Positions 13,225-29,305 of a DNA stretch of 64,000 nt are shown here, piece by piece. The translations under genes and the position numbers were made by a program. The notes beneath the pieces are model-generated. The model saw only the letters and a list, made by a program, of their open reading frames with translations, did not search any database and was not told the DNA's origin. Positions within the stretch are counted from its first letter, which is position 1. Each line of letters opens with the position of its first letter. This DNA is from the human T2T-CHM13v2.0 reference genome, Homo sapiens. The stretch spans positions 39,072,001 through 39,136,000 of the forward strand of contig CP068257.2 of NCBI GenBank assembly GCA_009914755.4. Reading direction: 5' to 3'.

Positions 13225-14640
13225 GCCTATTTATTTTTTTAATCAAATATTTTCATTGTGATATAAGAGTTGTACATATTCTGGGGTACATGTGATGTTT
13301 TCATACCTGTATAAAATGTATAATCATAAAATCAGGGTAATTGGAATATCAATCACTTCAATCTTTTCCCTGTGTTGGGAGCACAGTAAATCTTTTTTCT
13401 TCTAGCAATTTAAAAATATACAATAAATTATTAACTATAATTTCCCTACTGTGCCAGCAAATGTTAGAACATATTCCTTCTATTTAACTGTATTTTTATA
13501 CCCCTCAGCCAACTACTCTTTAACCCCTCTCCTCATCCCCTTGCTTCCCAGCCTCTGGTATCCACCATTCCACTCTCCACCTCCATAAGATCCACTTTTC
13601 CAGATCCCATATGTGAGTGAAAACATGTAATGTGTGTCTGTCTGAGCCTGGCTTAATTCACTTAGCATAGCAACCTCCAGTTTCATCCATCATTATATTC
13701 TTGTTGGATGGAGAGTTTGCAAATATTAATAGTCTCCCCATTCTGCATGTTGTCTCTTCAACTTTGCTGATTTTTATTTTCTTTGCTGTGCAGAGTTTTT
13801 CTGCTTGATGTAATCCTATTTGTCTATTTTTGCTTTTGTTGCCTGTGCTTTTGAGGCCTTACCCCAAAAATCTTTGCCCAGACTAATTTTCTATAGTGTT
13901 TCCCTAGTGTTTTCTTTCAGTAATTTCATAGTTTCAAGACTTAGTTTAAGTATTTTGCCCACTTTGAGTTGATTTTCATACACAGTTAAAGACAGGGATC
14001 TAGTTTCATTCTTTTGCATATAGATACCCAGTTTTGCCAACACTAATTTTTAAAGAGCTTGCCCTTTCCTGAATGTGTGTTCATGGTACCTTTGTCAAAA
14101 ATGATTTGGGTATAAGCGCATGGACTTATATTTGGATTCTCTATTCTATCCCATTGGTCTATGTGTCTGTTTTATGTCAGTACTACGCTATAGTATGCCA
14201 GTACTACACCTGTGTTGTATTCTTTGAAATTAGACTGTGTGATACCTACAGCTTTGTTCTTTTTGCTCAGGATTGCTTTAGCATTTCGGAGTCTTTTGTG
14301 GTTTCATACAAAGTTAAGGATTTTTTTTTCTATTTCTGTGAAGAATGTCATTGGTAGGGATGGCCTTGAATCTGTAGATCACTTTGAGTAGTATAGATAT
14401 TTTAACACTATTAATTCTTCCAATCAACGAGCATGAAATAACTTTCCATTTTGTGTGTGTGTGTCCTCTTCAATTTCTTTCATACTTCTTTATATTTTTA
14501 GCATATCTACTATAGGTTTTTACTTTGTGGTTACCATGAAGCTTACGAAAAGCATCTTATAGTTATAAGAAGTTATTTAAAACTGAAATCAACTTTACTT
14601 TGATTACACACACATGGCTTATTTATTGAGCAAGAGATCA
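13225..14640 (-). mobile_element. LINE-1 (older L1P/L1M subfamily), 3' UTR and 3' part of ORF2, antisense
   Basis: Reverse complement of the L1 3' end and ORF2: ...ggggtacatgtgatgttttcatacctgtataaaatg... ; gtttgcaaatattaatagtctccccattctgcatgttgtctcttcaactttgctgatttttattttctttgctgtgcagagtttttctgcttgatgtaatcctatttgtctatttttgcttttgttgcctgtgcttttgaggcc ; ctgtgaagaatgtcattggtagggatggccttgaatctgtagatcactttgagtagtatagatattttaacactattaattcttccaatcaacgagcatg. All are recognisable rc-L1 ORF2 segments. Confidence 0.8.
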
Positions 14641-15044
14641 CACGGTTGGTCTACATTGACAGCAGCGAATGTGAGAAAACATTTTAAATGGTCCATTTTC
14701 AAGGCATAATAAATCTAAGCACTGGCAGCCAGCCTGCAGATGTAACAAATTGCATGGCTCATGCACCTAGAAGGTCACGATAAGCAAACAGAATGTAGAC
14801 GAGGGGTCAGCCCATAAAAGGGAAGAAAGTTTTGTTACTGGGAAATCAAAACTTAAGTGGGGAAGGGGATTGGGTTATAACTTTAAAAGGGGGATAATGA
14901 AACTTAGGCGATGTCCAGGAAGATTGTAACTCCATAGTACTCAATCAATGAGGAACTGGGGGAGGGACTTGCTTGCTAGGCAATAAATTACCTGCTCTAC
15001 CTGCCCTGGGTGTGCCTGCCTAACAGGCGCCTGATCTTGCATCA

Positions 15045-16650
<1,606 letters not shown>

Positions 16651-17204
16651 CATCTTCTTATAGCATGTCATGTTGCACAGGATAGAACCTCCAGGACGAT
16701 GTAGAATAGAAGTGGTGAGAGCATACACTTTGATATTGTTCTTCATTTGGGGGTGAAAACATTTCATCTTTGACAAGTATGATGTTCGCTATAGCAGGAT
16801 TTTCGTAGTTGCTTTTTATCAGATTGAGGAAGTTCCTTTCTACTGATGGTTTTCTGAGAGTTCTTTTAATCATTAGTGGATGTTGGGTTTCATCAATGTT
16901 TTTCTGTGTCTGTTGAAATGATCACATGGTTTACACTGATTAATTTTCAAATGTGAAACTCACCTTGCATTATGAATATAAGCCTTTGTGGTCATAATGT
17001 ATTATTCCTTTTATATGTTGTTGGATTCAATTTGTTAAATTTTTAGAATTTTTACATGTATAGTCAGAAGAGATACTTGTCTTTAGTTTTCTTATGTCTT
17101 GTTTATGTATTAGGGTAATGCTAACTTCATAAAATGATTTGGGAAATACTCTCTCCTCAATTTTCTGGAAGAATTTGTTTATAATTTTTATTCTTTCTTT
17201 CTTT

Positions 17205-17507
<303 letters not shown>

Positions 17508-18669
17508 AAAATTATTATTTCTTTCTTAAAGGATTAGTAGAATTCAATAGTGAAGCCATTTGAGCCAGGAATTTTACTGTAGAGAATTTTTACCAATAAA
17601 TTTAAATTCTTTAATAGATATAGGGCTATTCAGTTTATCTGTTTTTCCTTGAGTGAGTCTTGATAGTTTGTGTTTCTCAAAAAATATTTTATTTCATCTA
17701 CTTTTCTTAATGTTCTCTTAGTATCATTTTAATACCTGTAGAAGATAAAGTGACGTTATCTCCCTCATTCTTGGTATTAGTCATTTACCAACTCTCTCAC
17801 TTTTCTGGTGAAAAACACACCAATTTTAACAATTTTTTTAAAAGAACTTTTAGTTTCATAGATTTCCTCTATTGTTTCTTTCTGTTCTATAATTTATTGA
17901 TCTCCATTCTGATCTTCATTGTTTGCTTTCTGCTTATAGTTTTAGTTTTATCCTCTTTTTCAGTTTAAAATGGATGCTGAGACCACTATTTAAGACTTTT
18001 TTAAAAATTTCTAATATAAGTTTTTTAGAGCAATAAAATCTCCCTATTTTTTTAGTGGCACTCCCCAAATTCATATATATTGTGTGTTCATTTCTTATTC
18101 AGTTGAAAAAACTTTCTAATTTCCTTCTTCAAATTTTTTTCTGAATTTTTTTTTTTGACACAGATCATTTAAAAGAGTGCTATTCAGTATTCAGGTACTT
18201 GGTTATTTCTCAGAGATGTTATTGTTAGTGATTTAATTTCATTATGATCAAACAACATATTTTATACAACTTGAATTTAAAACAAATTTATCTGAGATTT
18301 GTTTTGTTGCTCTGAGTATGGTCTATATTAGTAAATGTCTGTGTGTCTCAGAAGAGAATTTATATTGTGCTGTTGTTGGATAGAATGTTCTTTATTTAAA
18401 GGTCAATTACATCAAATTGATTGATAGTGTCATTCACGTGTTTTTTTGTTCTTACTGATTTTCTGTCTACTTCTACCAATTATTGAACTAGGAGTATTGA
18501 AATCTCCGGCTATAATTTTTGATATGTCTGATTCTCATTGCAGTTCTATCCATTTTTACTTTATGTATTTTGAAGTTTTGTTGTTGGGTACATAAACATT
18601 TACAATAGTCATATCCTCTTCACCTCCCCCCTTTACATTATGAAATGAACTGCTTTAGCTCTGAGCACA

Positions 18670-18910
18670 GGGGATTTTTAGGGCAGTGAAACTGTTCTTT
18701 ATGATACTGTAATGGTGATACCTGCCATTATGCATACAACTTACAACATAGAGTGAAATTTAATGTGAACTATGGACTTCAGTTAATAATAATGTATAAA
18801 TACGAGCTTATTGTCACAAATGTATCACACTAATGCAAGATGCTCTGAGCAAACAGTGTATTTGTTTGGAAATACACTTTGCTTAATATTAATGTGGCTA
18901 TTCTAGCTTT
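18670..18910 (+). mobile_element. L1M (L1MA/L1MB-type) 3'-end segment in plus orientation, embedded in the antisense L1 block
   Basis: ggggatttttagggcagtgaaactgttctttatgatactgtaatggtgatacctgccattatgcatacaacttacaacatagagtgaaatttaatgtgaactatggacttcagttaataataatgt... This matches the characteristic L1M 3' terminus. Its reverse complement recurs at about 20470-20660. Confidence 0.65.
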
Positions 18911-19721
18911 CTTTCAGTGTTTTACTTTAATTAGGTTGATTTGATTTGATGAGGATGGTATATCATTTTTATCCTTTTACTTTTAAGCTATTTGTGCCTT
19001 TGTATTTAAAGAATGTTTCTTTTAAGCAGTGTTAAATCCAATCTGGCAATTTCTGCCTTATAATTCAGGTTACTGGAACATTTAAATTTAATGTGGATAT
19101 TGATACGGTTAGGTTTATCATTTTGCTATTTGATATGTATTTTTTTTTTACCGTGTTTCCTTTTTCTTATCATTTTCTTCTTTGTTTTGGATTGAGGATT
19201 TTTTAATGATTCTATTTTTTCTCCTTTGTGGGCTTATTAGCTATAACTCTGTTTTGTTATTTTAGAGGTTGCTTTAGGTTTTGTAGTATACATTTGTAAC
19301 TTATCACCATCTATATTCAGGTGACATTACACAACTTCACATATAGCAAAATAACCTCCAATATTACACTCCCATGTCTTCACTGTAGGCCTTAATGCTA
19401 TTGTTGCTATAAGTTTTACTTCTGCCTATGTTACAAACTACCTAAGACATTGTTACTATTTTTGTCTAAATAGCCAATTATTTTTTAAAATATTGCAATT
19501 TTTTAAAAAATCTGATTTAGATACTCATGTAGTTACCATTTTCATTGCAGTTCTTTCCTTTGAGTAGATCTAAGATTTGATCAGGTGTCATTTTTTTCTT
19601 CTGATTCTAGAACTTCCTTTAAGATTTCTTGTAGTAGGATTCAGCTGATGATAAATTTTCTGCTATTTTGTGTCTGAGAAAGCCTTCATCTCACCATTAT
19701 TTTATAAATTTACTTCCACTC

Positions 19722-20149
<428 letters not shown>

Positions 20150-20349
20150 TTATGATGTGCCTTTGTGCATTTTTTCTTCACGTGTCTTGAGCTTGGGGTT
20201 TGTTGAGCTCCTTGGATCTGTGGGTTTATAGTTTTCAACAAATTTGGAAAATTTTGGCCTGCATTTTTCCACTTCTTTTTAAATTTCACCATCCCTTCCC
20301 TTGGGGCTTAATTTGTCATTAAGCTTCCTGAAGCATGTTTTAATTTTTT

Positions 20350-20900
20350 TGAATAAAGCTTGATTTTTTTTTAGAGCAGTTGTAGGTTTAGAGAAAAGTT
20401 CACAGCAGGTTCCCATATTCTCCCTCTTGCCACATCCTTTAATTTCTTTCATTATTATCATCTTGCATTAATGTGATACATTTGTGACAATAAACTCATA
20501 TTTATACATTATTATTATTAACTAAAGTCCATAGTTCACACTAAGTTTCACTCTATGTTGTAAGTTCTATGCATAATGGCAGGTATCACCATTACAGTAT
20601 CATACAGAACAGTTTCACTGCCCTAAAAAAATCCCCTGTGCTCCGTCTGTTCAACCCTCCCTCCCTCCTGACTATCCCCTGGAAACTACTGATCTTTCTA
20701 CTGTCTCTCTAGTTTATCTCTTCCAGAATGTCAAGTAGGTGGAAGGGTATACTATGTTGCTTTTCCAGACTGGCTTCTTTCACTTAGTAACAGGCATTTA
20801 AATTTCCCCCATATCTTTTCATAGCTTGATAGCACATTTTTTCTATCGCTGACTAATACTTCATTTTATACTATAATTTGTCTAATGTTAAAGAAAAATT
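20350..20900 (-). mobile_element. L1M 3' end (3' UTR plus ORF2 C-terminus), antisense; poly-T at 20356-20366 marks the rc poly-A
   Basis: tttttttttagagcagttgtaggtttagagaaaagttcacagcaggttcccatattctccctcttgccacatcc...tccatagttcacactaagtttcactctatgttgtaagttctatgcataatggcaggtatcaccattacagtatcatacagaacagtttcactgccctaaaaaaatcccctgtgctccgtctgttcaaccctccctccc ; cttctttcacttagtaacaggcatttaaatttcccccatatcttttcatagcttgatagcacattttttctatcgctgactaatacttcattttatac. Confidence 0.8.
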
Positions 20901-20903
20901 GTA

Positions 20904-21195
20904 GCTGGGCCCTGTGGCTCATTCCTGTAATCCCAACACTTTGGGAAGCTGAGGCAGGCAGATGGCTTGAGCCCAGAAATTTGAGACCGGCCTGGGTAAC
21001 ATAGTGAGAATACCCTCTACAAAATTTTTTTTTTTAAAGAATTAGCCAGGTGTGGTGACTTATGCCTGTAGCCGCAGCTACTTGGGAGGCTGAGGGGAAT
21101 CACCTGAGCCCAGAAGTTGAGGCTGCAGTGAGCCACGATCCCATCACTGCACTCCGACCTGGACAAGAGAGGGAGATGTCCTCTCAAAAATATTA
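20904..21195 (+). mobile_element. Alu SINE
   Basis: gctgggccctgtggctcattcctgtaatcccaacactttgggaagctgaggcaggcagatggcttgagcccagaaatttgagaccggcctgggtaacatagtgagaataccctctacaaaattttttttttt...gaggctgcagtgagccacgatcccatcactgcactccgacctggacaagagagggagatgtcctctcaaaaa. Confidence 0.9.
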
Positions 21196-21895
21196 AAGAA
21201 CAGAAAAAAATGTTCTAACACTTATTAAAAAGATAAGATTATATTCATGTCTGTTCCAGTAGGAGTCATCTATGATGACTGCAACAGGGAAGGGTAATTC
21301 AACTTCATATTCAACAAGGATAAGTGAGGGTTTATAGCCAATGAACACAGTGAGGGGAGCAGTGGGTGGAAAATTAGAAAGAGGAGACATCAAGGGATGA
21401 GGATTCTTGCTAAACTGGCCTAACAGATTCTTGCTAAAATCAGGCCAAACATGTATACATCAAAGATGGGACTGGAAGAACTTGATCAGATATTAAGAGT
21501 GATCAAGTATCAAGAGTAAGGGGATGATTTAGCAGGATTCTTGCTAAAGCTGGGGACAAGAGACCAGATGTGAAAAGCTAAGGTTGAGAACTAGTTGAGA
21601 GGAGGGCTCAGAGGAGCCTTTCCAAAGTTAGTCAAGGAGAGATTCTTTATCCCCATCCACTCACATACTAAACAACATCTTTGTTGCTTCCATGTTTTGG
21701 CAATTAGGAATAAAGTTGCTATACAAATTTATGTGCAGATTTTGATATTCTTTATCCCAAAGCATAAGGCAAGCATAGGACACATCTTATTTCCAGCTCC
21801 TTAAGGAATGCTTTCCTCTACTGCCTGAGGTCCAGTCTTGAAAATGGTTGCTTCAGATATTTTGTCTGCATTTTTCGTTGTTTTTTTTCAGTTGG

Positions 21896-22261
21896 TTGTA
21901 TTAGTCCATTCTCACACTGCTATGAAGAAATACCCAAGACTGGGCAATTTATAAAGAAAAGAGGTTTAATTAACTCACAGTTTCAACTGCCTGGGGAGGC
22001 CTCAGGAAACGTACAATCATGGCATAAGGCACCTCTTCACAGGGTGGCAGGAGAGAGAATGAATGCAAGCAACGGAAGTGCCAGATGCTTATAAAACCAT
22101 CAGATCTCGTGAGACTCACTCACTCTCACGAGAACAGAATGGGGGAAACTTACCCCATGATTCAATGACCTTCCACTGGGTCCCTCCCAGGACCCATGGG
22201 GATTATGGGGATTATCATTCAAGATGAGATTTGGGTGCGGACATAGAGTTAAACCCTATCA
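21896..22261 (-). mobile_element. MaLR-type solitary LTR (THE1/MST-like), minus orientation
   Basis: tgtattagtccattctcacactgctatgaagaaatacccaagactgggcaatttataaagaaaagaggtttaattaactcacagtttcaactgcctggggaggcctcaggaaac...ccatcagatctcgtgagactcactcactctcacgagaacagaatggg...ccatgattcaatgaccttccactgggtccctcccaggacccatgggg...caagatgagatttgggtgcggacatagagttaaaccctatca. I recall this as the reverse complement of the TGATATGG...AATACA THE1-family LTR consensus. The family name is from memory. Confidence 0.7.
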
Positions 22262-22372
22262 GCCTCAGGACACTGGTTTTTGGTTGTTTCAGATAAAAGG
22301 GTAAATGTGGCTCCCACACCTCCATCTCGGCCACAAGCAAAAGTCCTAGTCAAATGTTAGAAAGCAGTTTGT

Positions 22373-22687
22373 GGCCGGGGTCGCTCATGCCTGTAATCCC
22401 AGCACTTTGGGAGGCCGAGGTGGGCAGATCACGAGGTCAGGAGATGGAGACCATCCTGGCTAACACGGTGAAACCCCATCTCTACTGAAAATACAAAAAA
22501 GTTAGCTGGGTGTGGTGGCGGGTGCCTGTAGTCCCAGCTACTCTGGAGGCTGGGCAGGAAAACGGCGTGAACCCGGGAGGTGGAGCTTGCAGTGAGCCGA
22601 GATCGCGCGACTGCACTCCAGCCTGGGAAACAGAGCGAGACTCCAGTCTCAAAAAAAAAAAAAAAAGAAAGAAAGAAAGAAAGAAAG
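22373..22687 (+). mobile_element. Alu SINE with an A16 plus (GAAA)6 tail
   Basis: ggccggggtcgctcatgcctgtaatcccagcactttgggaggccgaggtgggcagatcacgaggtcaggagatggagaccatcctggctaacacggtgaaaccccatctctactgaaaatacaaaaaagttagctgggtgtggtggcgggtgcctgtagtcccagctactctggaggctgggcaggaaaacggcgtgaacccgggaggtggagcttgcagtgagccgagatcgcgcgactgcactccagcctgggaaacagagcgagactccagtctcaaaaaaaaaaaaaaaagaaagaaagaaagaaagaaag. Confidence 0.95.
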
Positions 22688-24855
22688 CACAGTCTGCTAA
22701 GGAGAAAACAATCATGAGAAATCTTCTGACTTGCCCAGGATCAGGCGGCTCATTGCTACTTGCTCTGTAGCAAAGGCAGCCTGGGTAAGGAGCAATACTG
22801 TCTGAAGTGGCCCACCTGCATTCCAGCCCTTAGAACAGGCAAGAAAATATCTTATGTTAGGACTAGGATTGATGATTAATGAGACATGATGAGTAAACCT
22901 TCCTTCAATTGCTAGCACCCAGACCTAGGTCAAAATTTCTGAAATTTAAGAATGAGAATCCCTTGTGCTGCCAAGGGAAAGATTATGAAGTCATTCTACC
23001 TAATAGCTTATTCCAGGAAAATCCAAACACCAATCTACAGGGATATTTAGACATTTAGGATGACCTGATACAGAAGAGGATACCCCGTGAGTGAGCAGTC
23101 ATCACCCTCAAACCTACCCTTCAGCTGTCAAAGGGTAGCATTTATGCCCTTCATCTGTCTTTTTGAACAAGCTTCCAGTTCTGTACTCATATTTACATAA
23201 ACAGGATGAAAAAAGATTTTCAAGTATCCAGTGAACAACCTAAAAGATTATTATAACCATTATGTGTTCACAATAAAAAGCAAAATGAAATCAGGAGAGA
23301 AATTTGATTTGGGTAATATGACTGCCCATCTTATATGTTCAAACTGATACAGTAGTCATCCATATGCTGGATTCATAGTCCATAGGGTTTCAGATGTCAA
23401 GAACGCCAGCACATAAATAGTAAAAGCACAACTGGGTAGGAAGAGGCAGGTAGCACAGACGCCAGACAAGATGATGCAATGTCCATGCTCTAAAACTTTC
23501 AGTGTCATGCAAAAACAATGAATTCTATGACTAATTTAGAAGATGATAGTTAAAACAGGAGTAAGCATTTCATTCCTTTATCTGACAGAAAATCCAAGGC
23601 AGACATAATGGATTAATACGCACAGATGGAGCTGTTTGAAATTCTAGGTTTCCCTATAAGTGGTGTTTTGCAGATTATAAATACGCTTTTATAACACATC
23701 ATTAAAATGTGCAGTCTTCCCAGTAAAAGTCATTCACTGTATCTCCCTGTTTGTCAGGTTTAGAGGTCCCTATACAAATTGCATTGTAATTATTTGACAC
23801 ATCAAATTTTCATATATCTTGATTAAAGACAATCCTTTTTTTCTTTCTTATGTGAATTCTCATGCAGGTCTTGGAATTCATGAGCATGTCACAAAGATCA
23901 AAATATAGTTGGGAAAATGACTAGCTAGCAGCATGAGTCATAGTCTAATGTTTGATGGCTTACATCAAAGAGATCATATGCAGGAATTCAGAAACACCTC
24001 ATATTTTTCTCATGTTGTGATGTCTTCTACCAGCACCTACTCACTTACTGAAGAAATTATTGCAAAGCTCCCCCAGCTACCTGGTGTATAAGAAAAAAAT
24101 CAAAGTCACATTCTCTTTGCCCTGCTATTATATTATGTCAGTCTACACAAGTATTTCAGAGCTAGACTTAAAAAAATTAAAATGCTGTTTGCTAACAGGA
24201 GTCTAGCTGTGAGTTTGTTTTGCAGGGCTTTGTTAAATCTATAGAACCACACAATCTGTCCTGTATATATAGCCCTTGATGTCTGTGTATCTCAGGCAGT
24301 ATTCTTTCCTGGGTTGACTTGTAGCAATGGTGATTAAAAAAAGACACAATATGTTGTTAAAAGGAACATAGCCCATTCAGGATTTATGTACTGACAACAT
24401 TTCAGCAACATGTGATACAGTCAAAAATGTTAAAATAGCCTTTCTATTTCACAAGGAAAGCAAGGATATTAGATTGATTCTGTTTCCATAACAGTACATC
24501 TTGATGCTATGGTTTTATTCCAGCTCAACCATTTGTCATTTTTTTCTCTCTCTTTCTCCTCCCCTAGGATGGGGTAGGGGAAGGGCAAGTGGGAAAAAAG
24601 GAGGGGTGGAAGCAAACACATTGGGTTTGAGACACTGAAAATTTGAATTAGAGTATCAAATTAGACAAAATATAAGGAGGCTGGGATGTTAGAACTTGCC
24701 AACTTGCTAATCACTGCTTTCTTTCAAGGTTTAGTTCCAACAATGTAAGGCACTTTGAAATCTAAACAAGGAGACCTTAAAGAAGTCATCAGCAAGGTCA
24801 GAATGAACTGATGATGGGGTTTTCATTGGTTCTCTGCTGTGATGGCATTTTGCTA

Positions 24856-25314
<459 letters not shown>

Positions 25315-25814
25315 TCAGAAAGTTATCCTGAAAATTAATCATGAGGCGCAGGCTCAAATAAAACCAAATAATTCAAATTTTCTGAAAATGCTGTGAGCAG
25401 ACAGGCTGATACTAAAAAATAAGGCACCATCCTAATTTCACATTTTGTACACAAACTGTTAAGTTATCCTGGATGTTAATTTTTAATAGATTGTTTTTTT
25501 GCCTCATGCCCCAAACCCTGTTCTCTCCCCACACTGACCACCATTGGACTGTATATATTTTATATTCACTTATTGTCTATCTTCTGCCACTAGAGATAAG
25601 CCTCATGAGGACAAGGTCTTAATTTACTCCCACTATTACCTGGAGCATAGAGCCCAGCTCTCACTGGACTCTCAGTAAAGGGAAGCTGAATGTGTGAATG
25701 CCTAGATCTTGTTGCTGGGATCAAATTGCTCTCTTTACTAGCTTCACTGAGGGTTATTATGCAATGAAATTTGCCACATTTTTAATTAAAATTGCAAATC
25801 ATATGTAAAACATT

Positions 25815-26685
25815 TTATTTTTTATTATACTTTAAGTTCTGGGATACATGTGCAGAATGTGCAGGTTTGTCACATAGGTATACACGTGCCGTGGTGGTTT
25901 GCTGCACCCATCAACCCGTCATCTACATTAGGTATTTCTCCTAATGCTATCCCTCCCCTAGTTCCCCAACCCCAACAGGCCCCGGTGTGTGATGTTCCCC
26001 TCCCTGTGTCCACGTGTTCTCATTGTTCAACTCCCACTTATGAGTGAGAACACGCGGTGTTTGCTTTTCTGTTCCTGTGTTAGTTTGTTGAGAATGATGG
26101 TTTCCAGCTTCATCTACATCCCTGCAAAGGATATGAACTCATCGTTTTTTATGGCTGCATAGTATTCCATGGTGTGTATGTGCCACATTTTCTTTATCCA
26201 GTCTATCATTGATGGGCATTTGGGTTGGTTCCAAGTCTTTGCTATTGTGAATAGTGCCACAATAAACATATGTGTGCATGTGTCTTTATAGTACAATAAT
26301 TTATAATCTTTTGGGTGTATACCCAGTAATGGGATTGCTGGGTCAACTGGTATTTCTGGTTCTAGATCCTTGAGGAATCTCCACACTGTCTTCCACAATG
26401 GTTGAACTAATTTACACTCCCACCAACAGTGTTAAAGCGTTCCTATTTCTCCACATCCTCTCCAGCATCTGTTGTTTCCTGACTTTTTAATGGTCACCAT
26501 TCTAACTGGCATGAGATGGTATCTCATTGTGGCTTTGATTTGCATTTCTCTAATACCAGTGATGATGAGCTTTTTTTCACGTTTGTTGGCTGCATAAATG
26601 TCTTCTTTTGAGAAGAGTCTGTTTATATCATTTGCCCACTTTTTGATGGGGTTTTTTTTCTTGTAAATTTAAGTTCTTTGTAGAG
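25815..26685 (-). mobile_element. Young LINE-1 (L1PA-like) 3' fragment, about 870 bp (3' UTR plus ORF2 C-terminus), antisense
   Basis: ttttttattatactttaagttctgggatacatgtgcagaatgtgcaggtttgtcacataggtatacacgtgccgtggtggtttgctgcacccatcaacccgtcatctacattaggtatttctcctaatgctatccctcccc...cccacttatgagtgagaacacgcggtgtttg...ggctgcatagtattccatggtgtgtatgtgccacattttctttatccagtctatcattgatgggcatttgggttggttccaagtctttgctattgtgaatagtgccacaataaacat... This is a near-consensus reverse-complement L1. Confidence 0.9.
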
Positions 26686-28736
26686 TAAAGCATGTTAAAA
26701 AAGCACCATTATCAGAAAATACAATGTCAAATCAACAATACACTTTTATTTAAAATAGGACATAACAATAAAGAGAATTTTGACAAAAGCATGACTCAAC
26801 TCCACCAGCCTACAGTGTCTGTTTTGATTTTTACATTTCCCTTGTGGTCCACCTGCCTCCATGCCTTATCTATATAATTATATCATGTTAAAGTGTACAT
26901 ACGTAAAATGTACCATTTTTATAACTGTTTAATTCTTTTATACATCATCTACATTATTCCATGGTTCTATACGGACTTCACAAGTAAATATCAGTGAATG
27001 CACAATTTATACATATTCTTATGAACTGTTTTTCTGCTCTTTTCATTTAAATTGTTTCTCTTTTCGCTTCTACAAGTAAATATCATCAAATGTGTTCATA
27101 CACATTTGGCTTTTTAATTCATTTAAGGGCCTATAACAAGTGTTTCTGGAGTGTTGGTTATGTGAAGAAATAAAACGTGACTTCCAGAATTTACAAGTTA
27201 AATAAAAGATTTATAAATATAATGAAGGCCTACTTGTCACACATCTGAGCTTCTCCATGACTTTCTAAAGCAGGTGCATACCTAGTTACATATTTGTAAG
27301 AGAGAAGAGAAGCCCCAGATATTTCGAATGAACTTCACTGGTCAGAAGTGAGAATAACATTTATTGTATGCTTCATAGTATCTCATACCAGACAACCTTC
27401 TAACACTCGAGATGAACAACAGCTCCGCTAGGTAAACAAAGGCTCCACTTTGCAGACGGTGACATGGAGATTCACAGGGCTGTCACTTGACCAAGGACAC
27501 AGGATACAGGCTGTCACTTGAGCAAGAACGCAGGGCTAGGAGGTGGCAGAACTAGATTCAGTCTTTCTGATGAAGGCTTTTGAGATTTTTGTTTTCTCAT
27601 CTTAGAACCAAATGTGGCATAACAGTCCCCCCTCATTTGTGTGGGGATTACAGGCAGCTCTGTATAGAGTGGGTCTATGGCCTGTGCTTCCAGATCTAGT
27701 CTTTCTCCGTGGTGTGGAGCTGAGGGGTTACAGGCTCCTGCTATGTGCTGGGGTTGCTACTAAGTCTATGTGATAAAATACATGAGCCCCTCACTTTGCC
27801 TGTAGTTAACTGACATGATTTGGTAAGAAAGAGATGAAGAAATTAACACTATTTACAAAGGTGATTGGACTCATCTTATAATAATAAGATTTAACCTGCT
27901 CACTAAATGTGAGGGTAGCGGGTGGTCTCCACCCTGCTGTTAGGAAGCACAGCATCCAAGCATTGGCACAAGGCTGAATAGATGTGGTTGACTCTACTCA
28001 CAGCATGTTCTTCCCTGCTGCCACTTGGTGGACACTGTGGGGCTCCCTTCAGATTTCCTCTTTAGCGCCAATGCACCCTGCCCCAAAGCAGCTGGAAAGA
28101 TCCTATGTTGAGTCCTACACTGGGAACCAGCCCAAGTTACAGGGAACTGCCTTGTCTGAGGCCTGCAGGGAATGACTGGTCAAAGGTGGCTCCACAAGCC
28201 TGGCCCCCTCGTGTTAAGTTGCAACAATGCTGAAGGTGCATCCCACCTGAGACCGCTATCATCAGAGCTTTGCAGAGAAGCTTCTCCCTCCACTCATTCT
28301 GCCTTCCTCACACCCTTGCTGATGTCTCTCTTGAGAATACACTCCCAGGAGGCCTTCTGCATGCAACTCTTCCTCTGAGCATCTCCCTTCAGGTAACTCA
28401 ACAGGAGACATCAAATGAGGCTCTGCTAGTTACCCTCTACAACCATGTCTTTCTGAAATGTTTTTCTATTTTAAATAAAGTAATCAGAAAGTGCCAACTA
28501 ACATCCCATGTAAGCTCCCCAATAGAGCATGAGCAATAAATAAAATACACCAAGATGGAAGAAAGTACTAAATCTGGATTATCACTGGATTAAAACATTT
28601 TTACAAGCAATAATTATTACATTGAATAAGGCAATGACACAACTAAGACTCTCAGGCTGTTATGTTTTTGGGAACCCATTGAATCTGGACAGTGACAGTG
28701 TGTAGTTTGTTTTATGAAAACATACTCATGTAAGAA

Positions 28737-28964
<228 letters not shown>

Positions 28965-29274
28965 AAGAATCTAACATTTATCTATTATATAAACATTTTG
29001 ATTTTTAGTTAAACTTCACATATTCAATGGGCTCATAGCCCTAAGCCTAATGCCTAGCAAGCTGTGTGTGTTTCGTAAATGCTAGTTGGTGCATTCACTG
29101 TCCCCATATTTTTTCATTTTCCCATCTCATAATTCATGTGGTATGTCAAACTTCTGTTGATAATATAATGTAACCTTTTGAAGTATTTTTGGAATTTCTA
29201 TTTTACAAAATTACAACTCTTTTAAGTAGATTGGAATTACCTCTCACAGTTTAGGAACTGACTGTATAGAAGTT

Positions 29275-29305
29275 GAGACAGAGAGAGAGAGAGAGAGAGA
29301 GAGAA
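29275..29305. repeat. (GA)n microsatellite, about 15 units
   Basis: gagacagagagagagagagagagagagagaa. Confidence 0.9.

Noticed and set aside
21404-21560. Threefold recurrence of ggattcttgctaaa within about 150 bp
   Set aside because: It is too short and irregular to call a tandem repeat or binding-site cluster without conservation data. It is probably a low-complexity remnant.
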